Below, piece after piece: positions 18,754 to 27,015 of a stretch of DNA of 32,000 bases. Position numbers and translations under genes: made by a program. Within the stretch, counting starts at the first letter, position 1. The number at the start of each line of letters is the position of its first letter. The stretch covers positions 216,377 to 248,376 of the forward strand of contig JBJHCV010000002.1 of the NCBI GenBank assembly GCA_050486225.1. Direction: 5' to 3'. The notes below the pieces were generated by a model. That model did no database searches and was not told the origin of the DNA. It was given only the letters and a program-made list of their open reading frames with translations. The DNA comes from Nitriliruptoraceae bacterium (GTDB taxonomy: Bacteria > Actinomycetota > Nitriliruptoria > Nitriliruptorales > Nitriliruptoraceae).

Positions 18754-19226
18754 CCGTCCATGCCCACCTGCCCAGCCGGCTCGGTGACCTGCTGGTGACC
18801 GCCGACGACGGAGCCGTCACCGGCCTGTACCTGCCGGGGCACCGCCGAGGTCCCGAGGTCTCGGCCGCCTGGATCCACGACCCGGACGCGTTCGACGCAC
18901 TCCGCGAGCAACTCGACGAGTACCTGTCCGGGAGCAGGACGACGTTCGACGTCCGCATCCACCTCGACGGCACCCCGCTGCAGCGCCGGGTGTGGCAGGA
19001 ACTGCAGGCCCTGGGGTACGGCGAACGGGTGTCCTACGGGACGCTCGCACATCGCATCGGCCGGCCGACGGCGGTGCGCGCCGTGGCCTCCGCGATCGCC
19101 CGCAATCCCGTCAGCATCGTGGTGCCGTGCCACCGGGTCGTCGGCGCCGACGGGCGACTCACCGGCTATGCCGGCGGGGTCGAACGCAAGCAGTGGCTGC
19201 TCGACCTTGAGTCTCGCGCCGCCTGA
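18750..19226 (+). CDS. ogt: methylated-DNA--[protein]-cysteine S-methyltransferase
   Basis: RRVWQELQALGYGERVSYGTLAHRIGRPTAVRAVASAIARNPVSIVVPCHRVVGADGRLTGYAGGVERKQWLLDLE, with active-site PCHRV. ATG overlaps the upstream stop (ATGA). Confidence 0.95.
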   Translation: MTVHAHLPSRLGDLLVTADDGAVTGLYLPGHRRGPEVSAAWIHDPDAFDALREQLDEYLSGSRTTFDVRIHLDGTPLQRRVWQELQALGYGERVSYGTLAHRIGRPTAVRAVASAIARNPVSIVVPCHRVVGADGRLTGYAGGVERKQWLLDLESRAA

Positions 19227-19241
19227 CCACCGCCCTGCACG

Positions 19242-19967
19242 TCAGAACTCGAACACCTCGACACGGAGTGCCGCGCCCAGACCGACGCTCGCGCCGGTCT
19301 CCTCGAGGTTCCAGCGGACGAACTCGGGATCCGCCATCGGGTGGTCGCCGAGCCCCTCGAGGTAGGCACGGTGCTCCGCAAGTGATGCGACGGCCGCGTC
19401 CACGTGGCCCGTCACGTCGACGGCGTGGCGCGCCTGCGGCGAGTTCGCCACGAGGAGTCGCCGGACGGCATGCGGTTCCCCACCGGTTCCCGGGAAGATC
19501 CACCGGTTGCCGGCATCGGCCACCGCGTCGATCAGTGCCGAGCCCAGTGCCCGGTGGTCCGCGGAGTTGAACGACCCCGGACGTCCCCAGTCCGCCCGGT
19601 GGTTGAGGGTGACCAGCGTGTCGGGCCGGTGCCGTCGGATCGCCGCGGCGAGGTCGCGCCGCAGGTCCACGTCGTGGACCAGCACGCCGTCGGGACGGTC
19701 GAGGAACTCGACGACGTCGACCCCGACCACGGCGGCCGAACGCCGCTGCTCCTCCTCGCGCAGCGGTGCACTGCGATCGGGGGGGATCGCGTCGATCCCG
19801 GCCTCACCTCGGGTCGCGAGCAGGTAGGTCACGCGATGGCCGGCCGTCGTCCAGCGTGCGACCGCTGCCGCCGCGCCGTACTCGAGGTCGTCGGGATGGG
19901 CCACCACGGCGAGCACCCGCGACACGTCCGGGTCGTACACCTCGAGGCCGTCGGCGACGTCGGTCAT
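19242..19967 (-). CDS. PIG-L (LmbE-like) N-acetylglucosaminyl deacetylase family protein
   Basis: RVLAVVAHPDDLEYGAAAAVARWTTAGHRVTYLLATRGEAGI...REEEQRRSAAVVGV...NSADHRALG. AHPDD metal-binding motif. Confidence 0.92.
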   Translation of the reverse strand: MTDVADGLEVYDPDVSRVLAVVAHPDDLEYGAAAAVARWTTAGHRVTYLLATRGEAGIDAIPPDRSAPLREEEQRRSAAVVGVDVVEFLDRPDGVLVHDVDLRRDLAAAIRRHRPDTLVTLNHRADWGRPGSFNSADHRALGSALIDAVADAGNRWIFPGTGGEPHAVRRLLVANSPQARHAVDVTGHVDAAVASLAEHRAYLEGLGDHPMADPEFVRWNLEETGASVGLGAALRVEVFEF

Positions 19968-20095
19968 CCGGACTCCTGTCGTGGGTCGAACCAGGGCGTG
20001 CGTTGCGGTTCCGGTGTCGACCCTACCGTCGTGTGGTCGCCCGGAGGCGGGCGACGACGGACCGATACGCTGCCGGGAGACGAGACGAGGGCCAC

Positions 20096-21496
20096 GTGAC
20101 GCGCGCGAGAGACGTCTGCTCGCGGATCCGACTGGGGATCGCGGCGGTCGCACTGTGCGCCGGAGTCGTGCTTGTCGTGGCTCCGGCCTCGGGAGCGGAG
20201 TCCATCGGTTCCGTCGGGGTCACCGAGGTGAACGGGCCCATCACCCCGGTCGTCCGTGACCACCTCGCGGACACGATCGTCGACGCGACCGCCGCAGGCC
20301 ACAACGCCCTGGTGATCCGACTCAACACACCCGGCGGTGGACTCGACGTCACCCGCGAGATCGCCAACCTGCTGCTCGACGCGCCGATCCCCACGATCGT
20401 CTACGTCGCACCGGCCGGTTCGGACGCGGGATCCGCCGGCACCTTCATCACGTATGCCGCGCACGTCGCGGCGATGGCTCCGGCCACGACCATCGGCGCG
20501 GCCACCCCCGTGGACCTCGAGGGCGGTGAGGTCGGCGACAAGATCGTGGAGAACACGCTGGCGTTCGGGCTGGCGCTCGCCGAGTTCCGGGACCGTGACG
20601 CGACCTTCATCGAGGCGGCCATCCGCGACGGCCGATCCGTCACCTCCACGGTCGCACTCGAGGCCGGCGCGATCGACGTCGTGTCACCGAGCACGGAGCA
20701 GCTGCTCGTCGAGGTGCACGGCCGCGAGGTGGTCGTCGGGGACACGCCGGTCACCCTCGACACGGCCGGCGCCGTGCTCGTCGAGATGGAGATGACCGGC
20801 ACGCGCAGCCTCCTGCAGATCCTCGCGAACCCGAACCTCGCGTTCGTCTTCCTGTCGCTGGGCACGCTGGCGATCCTCTACGAGATCGCCAATCCGGGGC
20901 TGGGTCTGGGCGGGGTCGCCGGGGTCGTGATGCTGATCCTCGCGATGTTCTCGCTCGCGGTCCTGCCCGTGAACTATGCAGGCGCGGCGCTGCTGGTGGT
21001 GGCCCTGGCGATGTTCATCGCCGAACTGTTCGCACCCGGCATCGGGGTCGGTGCGGCGGGAGGCACCGCAGCGCTGGTGCTCGGTGGCCTGTTCCTGTTC
21101 CAGGCCCAGACGGGAGTCGGTGTGGACCTGTGGGTGCTGATCCCGACGGCTGTCGTCACGTTCGGACTCGTGGTGTTCGCCGGCGTGCTGGTCAACCGCA
21201 CGCGCGGCCAGACGTCTCGGGCCGCCTCCGACTACCTGCTCGGCAGGCACACCACCGTCGCACAGGTCCTCGACGGTCAGGCGAGGGCCCGGATCGACGG
21301 CATCCTGTGGAGGGTCCGCCCGGCCGAACCCGACGTGGAGCTTCGGGTCGGTGACGAGGTCGAGATCGTGCGACGCGACAATCTCGACCTGCACGTGCTG
21401 CCCACGACCCTGATCGAGGAACGTCGCCGCGGCGACACCGAGGCGGCCGACGCCGCCGACCCGACGACAGCCCCCGCACACGAGGAGACGACATGA
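20096..21496 (+). CDS. NfeD family protein with ClpP-like membrane serine protease domain
   Basis: [38 protein letters not shown]...[37 protein letters not shown]...[11 protein letters not shown], then NfeD TM region [29 protein letters not shown] and a C-terminal OB-like domain. Confidence 0.92.
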   Translation: MTRARDVCSRIRLGIAAVALCAGVVLVVAPASGAESIGSVGVTEVNGPITPVVRDHLADTIVDATAAGHNALVIRLNTPGGGLDVTREIANLLLDAPIPTIVYVAPAGSDAGSAGTFITYAAHVAAMAPATTIGAATPVDLEGGEVGDKIVENTLAFGLALAEFRDRDATFIEAAIRDGRSVTSTVALEAGAIDVVSPSTEQLLVEVHGREVVVGDTPVTLDTAGAVLVEMEMTGTRSLLQILANPNLAFVFLSLGTLAILYEIANPGLGLGGVAGVVMLILAMFSLAVLPVNYAGAALLVVALAMFIAELFAPGIGVGAAGGTAALVLGGLFLFQAQTGVGVDLWVLIPTAVVTFGLVVFAGVLVNRTRGQTSRAASDYLLGRHTTVAQVLDGQARARIDGILWRVRPAEPDVELRVGDEVEIVRRDNLDLHVLPTTLIEERRRGDTEAADAADPTTAPAHEETT

Positions 21497-22323
21497 CCGG
21501 CATGACCTTCGGACTGGCCGTCGCACTGGTGATCCTCGTCGCGATCGTGATCGCGGCGGTGAGGATCGTCGACGAGTACGAACGTGGCGTGATCTTCCGA
21601 CTCGGCCGCGTGATCGGCGCGAAGGGTCCGGGCCTGTTCTTCATCGTCCCGATCATCGACCGTATGGTGAAGGTGAACCTGCAGACGGTCACCATGGACA
21701 TCCCGCCACAGGACGTGATCACGCGGGACAACGTCACGATCCGGGTCAACGCGGTCACCTACTTCAACGTGACCGACCCGGTCCACGCGATCGTGAACAT
21801 CCAGAACTACCTGTTCGCCACCTCGCAGGTGGCGCAGACCACCCTGCGGTCGATCCTCGGGCAGGTCGAACTCGACGAGATCCTCGTCAACCGCGACGAG
21901 ATCAACGACCGCCTCGCGTCGATCATCGACGACCTGACCAACCCCTGGGGGGTCAAGGTCACCCTCGTCGAGGTCAAGGACGTCGAACTGCCCGAGTCGA
22001 TGCGGCGCGCCATGGCCCGGCAGGCCGAGGCCGAGCGGGACCGTCGCGCCAAGGTCATCCACGCCGAGGGCGAGTTCGAGGCCGCCAAGCGGCTGTCCGA
22101 GGCCGCCCACGTGATGGCGTCCGAGAGCGGATCCATGCAGTTGCGCCTGCTGCAGACGCTGGGCGACGTCACCGCGGAGAAGAACTCCACCCTCATCTTC
22201 CCCGTGCCGATCGAACTGCTGAAGTTCTTCGAGGGTGCGACCGCCACGCCGGGTGAGGCTCCGACCGAGCGAGCCGCACAGGCCGTCGAGGACGTGAAGG
22301 ACGTGACGGCCCGTGACGACTGA
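21493..22323 (+). CDS. SPFH-domain slipin/stomatin-like protein
   Basis: [71 protein letters not shown]...[16 protein letters not shown] overlaps the upstream NfeD gene end. Confidence 0.95.
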   Translation: MTGMTFGLAVALVILVAIVIAAVRIVDEYERGVIFRLGRVIGAKGPGLFFIVPIIDRMVKVNLQTVTMDIPPQDVITRDNVTIRVNAVTYFNVTDPVHAIVNIQNYLFATSQVAQTTLRSILGQVELDEILVNRDEINDRLASIIDDLTNPWGVKVTLVEVKDVELPESMRRAMARQAEAERDRRAKVIHAEGEFEAAKRLSEAAHVMASESGSMQLRLLQTLGDVTAEKNSTLIFPVPIELLKFFEGATATPGEAPTERAAQAVEDVKDVTARDD

Positions 22324-22341
22324 CCCGTCGAGCGCGCGGCG

Positions 22342-22755
22342 TTGACGTCGTTCCACCGCTACCTGGGCGCAGCCATCGTGCTGCTGCTCCTGACCATCAC
22401 GGTCTGGGGTCTGGTGCTGCGTGTCCTGCGACGCGACGACCCACCCGCCTCGCTGTGGGCGGTGCAGCACTGGACGGAGAACCTGCTCGCGGTGCAGGTC
22501 GTCGTCGGCCTGGTGCTGCTGATCGTCGGTCGTCGGGTGATCGGCGGTCCGCTCGTGTGGTTCCACTACCTGTACGGGTCGCTGTTCCCCCTGATCGCCA
22601 TCATCGGCGGGAGGATCGCCGCGCTGCGGCGCGAACGCCGGGAGTACGTGAGCCTGGCGTGGGGCGCGTTCATCGCGTGGGCGCTGACACTGCGTGCCGT
22701 CCAGACCGCGTGCGGCAACACCCTCGCGGACCTGGCACGCTGTCTGACCCCGTGA
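22342..22755 (+). CDS. hypothetical 4-TM membrane protein
   Basis: 137 aa, TTG start, hydrophobic segments with QHWTENLLAVQ, WFHYLYGSLFPLIA and C-terminal TACGNTLADLARCL. Codirectional with the slipin gene. Confidence 0.65.
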   Translation: MTSFHRYLGAAIVLLLLTITVWGLVLRVLRRDDPPASLWAVQHWTENLLAVQVVVGLVLLIVGRRVIGGPLVWFHYLYGSLFPLIAIIGGRIAALRRERREYVSLAWGAFIAWALTLRAVQTACGNTLADLARCLTP

Positions 22756-22870
22756 CGATCCTGCGGCACACTGGACACGAGGACGCGGCACGGACACCGT
22801 GCACGAGCCTCCGATGCGACCGGCCTCGCGTCCGGTCCGACACTCCCCCGTTCCCGACCCTGGATCCCTC

Positions 22871-23479
22871 GTGACCCTCTCCTTCGGTGTGACCTTCGAC
22901 TACCTGTGCCCGTGGGCACGCAACGTGAACGAGCACGTGGCCGCCGGTCTGCGTGGCGGCGCGGACTGGCAGGTCCGTTTCGTCCCCTACAGCCTCCGGC
23001 AGGGCAAGGTCGCCGAGGGCGAGACCGCCGTGTGGGACCTCGACCAACCCGACGAGACACCCGGGGTGCTCGCCCTGAAGGTCGGGCTCACGGTCCGCGA
23101 CCAACACCCTGACCAGTTCCTCGACGTCCACCCCGACCTGTTCGCGGTGCGCCACGAACACGGCCTCGACAACCGGGATCCCGAGGTCCTGGCCGACGTG
23201 CTCACCAGGCACGGCGTCGACGCCGGCGAGGTCATGGACGTGGCGCGGGACCCGTCGACGACCGAGCGACTGCGCGCCGAGCACGAACGGGCGGTCGAGG
23301 ACCACCACGTCTGGGGGGTCCCGACCCTCATCGGGCGTGACCGGTCCGTCTTCGTGCGAGTGCTCGACCGTCCCGAGGACGACGCGCAGCGCGCTCGTGA
23401 GCGAATCGAGCAGTTGATGGCCCTGGTCGACGGCGCCGTGGAGCTCCACGAGTTCAAGACGACGGTCCTCGACCGCTGA
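22871..23479 (+). CDS. DsbA-like thioredoxin-fold protein (Rv2466c/nitroreductase-like)
   Basis: VTLSFGVTFDYLCPWARNVNEHVA...VRFVPYSLRQG...HHVWGVPTLIGRDRSVFVRVLDRP. CPWx active-site-like motif and cis-Pro VPT. Start could be the upstream alternative at 22799. Confidence 0.82.
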   Translation: MTLSFGVTFDYLCPWARNVNEHVAAGLRGGADWQVRFVPYSLRQGKVAEGETAVWDLDQPDETPGVLALKVGLTVRDQHPDQFLDVHPDLFAVRHEHGLDNRDPEVLADVLTRHGVDAGEVMDVARDPSTTERLRAEHERAVEDHHVWGVPTLIGRDRSVFVRVLDRPEDDAQRARERIEQLMALVDGAVELHEFKTTVLDR

Positions 23480-23583
23480 GTCGGCCACGCGCGTGCGCAG
23501 AGCGCACCTGGTGGTTCGAGCCGCGCGTCAGTACGATTCCGCCGTGATGCCACGTGCCCGTGCCCTCCGGCACGAGTTCCCAT

Positions 23584-23659
23584 TCCGGGGTAGCTCAGTT
23601 GGCAGAGCGCTCGACTGTTAATCGAGATGTCGCCGGTTCGAGCCCGGCCCCCGGAGCCA
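23584..23659 (+). tRNA. tRNA-Asn (anticodon GTT at 23617..23619), CCA encoded
   Basis: Folded by hand: acceptor TCCGGGG/CCCCGGA, D arm GCTC...GAGC, anticodon stem CTCGA/TCGAG with loop CTGTTAA, T arm GCCGG-TTCGAGC-CCGGC, discriminator G, then CCA. Confidence 0.97.
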
Positions 23660-23674
23660 CCACGCCCTGACTCG

Positions 23675-24637
23675 TCAGGTCGTCAGCACGATCTTGCCGA
23701 AGACGTCTCCCGCCTGCATGCGTTCGAACGCACGGCGAGCGTCGGTCATCGCGACGACCTCGTCGATGACGGGACGTACGCCGGTGACGTCCAGGAACTC
23801 CAGCAGGCGCCCGAACTCCTCCCGTGTCCCCATGGTCGATCCGACCACGCGCAACTGGCGGAAGAACACCCGGGCGAGGTCGGCCGGAGGTGCGGGCCCC
23901 GACGTGGCCCCGGCGACGACCACGACGCCACCTGGTCGCAGCGACTTCAGGGAGTGGTCCCAGGTCGCCTCCCCGACGGTCTCGATGACCACGTCGACGC
24001 GTTCGGACAGCCGCCCACCCGACTCGACGACCTCGTCCGCACCGAGGTCACGGGCTCGTTGACGGCGCGCGGCGTCGCGGCTGGTGACGGTGACGTGGGC
24101 GCCCGCAGCCTTCGCCAACTGCAGGGCCGCCGTCGACACGCCACCACCCGCACCCTGGACGAGCACCCGTTGTCCGGGGGTGAGCGCTCCGCGGGTGAAC
24201 AGCATGCGGTAGGCCGTGAGCCATGCCACCGGCAGGCATGCGGCCTCCTCGGCGCCGATCGACGCCGGCCTGGGCAGCACGTTTCGTCGCGGGACCACGA
24301 CACGCTCCGCAAACGTGCCGTCGTGGTGTTCCGACAGGATGGTTCGCGACTCGGACAGGGTCTCGTCGGAGGTGTCCAACGGCGACACGACCGCGTGGAC
24401 GACGACCGGCGTCCCGTCGGCGGTGATTCCCGCGGCGTCACAGCCGAGCACGATGGGCAGGCGATCCGGATCGATGCCCACACCCCGCAGCGTCCAGAGG
24501 TCGTGGTGGTTGAGCGACGCCGCCTGGACCTCGACGACCACCCATCCGTCGGGGACGTCGGGTTCCGGGTGCTCCCCCAGGGTCAGGCCACGAAGCGGAT
24601 CGTCGGCGTCGGTCGAGGTCGCGGTGACGGCAAACAT
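23675..24637 (-). CDS. zinc-binding alcohol dehydrogenase/quinone oxidoreductase family protein (MDR)
   Basis: VVVEVQAASLNHHDLWTLRGVGIDPDRLPIVLGCDAAGI...EAACLPVAWLTAYRMLFTRGALTPGQRVLVQGAGGGVSTAALQLAKAAGAHVTVTSRD. MDR NAD(P)-binding motif. Confidence 0.93.
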   Translation of the reverse strand: MFAVTATSTDADDPLRGLTLGEHPEPDVPDGWVVVEVQAASLNHHDLWTLRGVGIDPDRLPIVLGCDAAGITADGTPVVVHAVVSPLDTSDETLSESRTILSEHHDGTFAERVVVPRRNVLPRPASIGAEEAACLPVAWLTAYRMLFTRGALTPGQRVLVQGAGGGVSTAALQLAKAAGAHVTVTSRDAARRQRARDLGADEVVESGGRLSERVDVVIETVGEATWDHSLKSLRPGGVVVVAGATSGPAPPADLARVFFRQLRVVGSTMGTREEFGRLLEFLDVTGVRPVIDEVVAMTDARRAFERMQAGDVFGKIVLTT

Positions 24638-24642
24638 GCCCA

Positions 24643-24672
24643 GATGCTAGTTGGGCCGGTCTGAACTGCCAG
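24643..24672 (-). promoter_or_regulatory. predicted leaderless promoter of the quinone-oxidoreductase gene
   Basis: Minus strand: CTGGCA (24672..24667), 17-nt spacer, TAGCAT (24649..24644). The expected +1 falls on the A of the ATG (24637). Confidence 0.6.
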
Positions 24673-24686
24673 CCGGGGGCGGTCAG
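24661..24686 (-). terminator. putative terminator hairpin at the end of the rpoD-downstream HTH gene
   Basis: CTGAaCTGCC / GGCGGTCAG, 9 pairs with one bulge and one G-U. It contains the TCA (stop) at 24683..24685. Confidence 0.35.
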
Positions 24687-25657
24687 AACGCGACGTCGAC
24701 CCCGGGGTCGTCAGGTCGATGGTGTGGGCCGTCGAACGGCTCGACGTGCTCGGTGTCGTCGAGCGCGCGGCGGAATCCGTCGATCGTCGCCGACACCAGC
24801 GGGTCGGCGACCCGCACCAGGACCTCCACGGCGGCCTCGTCGGGGGCGTCGCGCCACCGCGACACCCCGACCGCGCCGGGGGCGACACCCAGGGCGGACG
24901 CCCACCGGTGTCGGGTGAGGTCCGCGGCAGCAAGGGACCCGACACGGAGCACCACCCGAACCCTGCGTTCGTCGACCTCGACGTGGCCACGCAGCCATGC
25001 AAGGGTGCGCGCCGCGACGTCCTGCCGCGTGGTGCGGATCGTGACGGCGTGCCGATCCACGTCCGCGATGCCGACCAGCAGCCCGAGGCCGAGTGCGAAC
25101 GACGGGTCCCCGGTCAGCGCTCCCCGTGCCTGCCGGCTCGCGGCGTCGCGGCGTCCGGTGAGCCGTGCGTCGGGAACTTCGGGTGAGGTCCGACCCGACT
25201 CTGCTCCCGTGGTCGTCGCGCGCGACCTGGCGGGCGTCGTCGAACTCGACCTGCGCGAGGCGGACCCGCGACCCGCACGCGACCGGGCCCGACGCACTCC
25301 GCTCGTCCACGCATCCACCAGCAGTTCGTCGACGTCCAGCTGGGCCGAGATCTCCGTGATGTCCAGTCCGGCCCGACGCAGTGCACGGGCACGGGCCGGT
25401 CGCGTGTCGTTGGGGTCGTCGACGTGTGCGCCTGCCGGTGACGAACCACCAGCGACGACCTCCAGATCGGGAACGGCCCCGGGATCGACCCGTCGACGCG
25501 CCCGCGCCGTGAGCACGTACCCGATGGGACGGTCCGACTCGTCGTCGTAGGGCAGTGGAGTGAACGGCAGGGTCGGCTGGTCCGCGGCCCGTACGGGGGG
25601 CCGCGGCGATCCAGCCGAGGCCCGTCGGGGCGAGTCGACGCGAGTCGTCGTGTCCAT
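24683..25657 (-). CDS. putative HTH + degenerate LAGLIDADG-like domain protein
   Basis: RARALRRAGLDITEISAQLDVDELLVDAW (HTH-like), then DPSFALGLGLLVGIADVDRHAVTIRTTRQDVAARTLAWLRGHVEVDERRVRVVLRVGSLAAADLTRHRWASALGVAPGAV. Codirectional with rpoD. Preferred over antisense ORF 24651..25550. Confidence 0.72.
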   Translation of the reverse strand: MDTTTRVDSPRRASAGSPRPPVRAADQPTLPFTPLPYDDESDRPIGYVLTARARRRVDPGAVPDLEVVAGGSSPAGAHVDDPNDTRPARARALRRAGLDITEISAQLDVDELLVDAWTSGVRRARSRAGRGSASRRSSSTTPARSRATTTGAESGRTSPEVPDARLTGRRDAASRQARGALTGDPSFALGLGLLVGIADVDRHAVTIRTTRQDVAARTLAWLRGHVEVDERRVRVVLRVGSLAAADLTRHRWASALGVAPGAVGVSRWRDAPDEAAVEVLVRVADPLVSATIDGFRRALDDTEHVEPFDGPHHRPDDPGVDVAF

Positions 25658-25692
25658 GCATCGAACGTACGTGAGGGGTGTGACACGGCCGG

Positions 25693-26907
<1,215 letters not shown>

Positions 26908-26962
26908 CGGAACCTCCTCGCACGGTGCACCCCCGCGACCCGGGGCCGTCGGCGTGCACGAC

Positions 26963-26974
26963 GATGCTAGTTGG
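26963..26974 (-). promoter_or_regulatory. predicted -10 region of an rpoD-proximal promoter in the dnaG-rpoD spacer
   Basis: Minus-strand CCAACTAGCATC, the same 12-mer as upstream of the quinone-oxidoreductase gene. It lies about 56 nt upstream of the rpoD ATG, which has its own GAGGAGG SD. Confidence 0.5.
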
Positions 26975-27015
26975 CCGAGCACCCGGTCGACGGGCATCAC
27001 GGTGCATCGGGGGCG

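Noticed and set aside
21277-22797. 506-aa minus-strand ORF
   Set aside because: Antisense to the NfeD/slipin genes. No motif.
23584-23659. tRNA-Asn as an integration site for a mobile element
   Set aside because: No integrase, no direct repeat of the tRNA 3-prime end noticed nearby, and flanking genes are ordinary metabolic genes on both sides.
24651-25550. 299-aa plus-strand ORF opposite the HTH/LAGLIDADG-like gene
   Set aside because: Ser/Arg/Thr/Pro-rich with no fold-like pattern. The minus-strand frame has hydrophobic periodicity, an HTH-like segment and synteny with rpoD.
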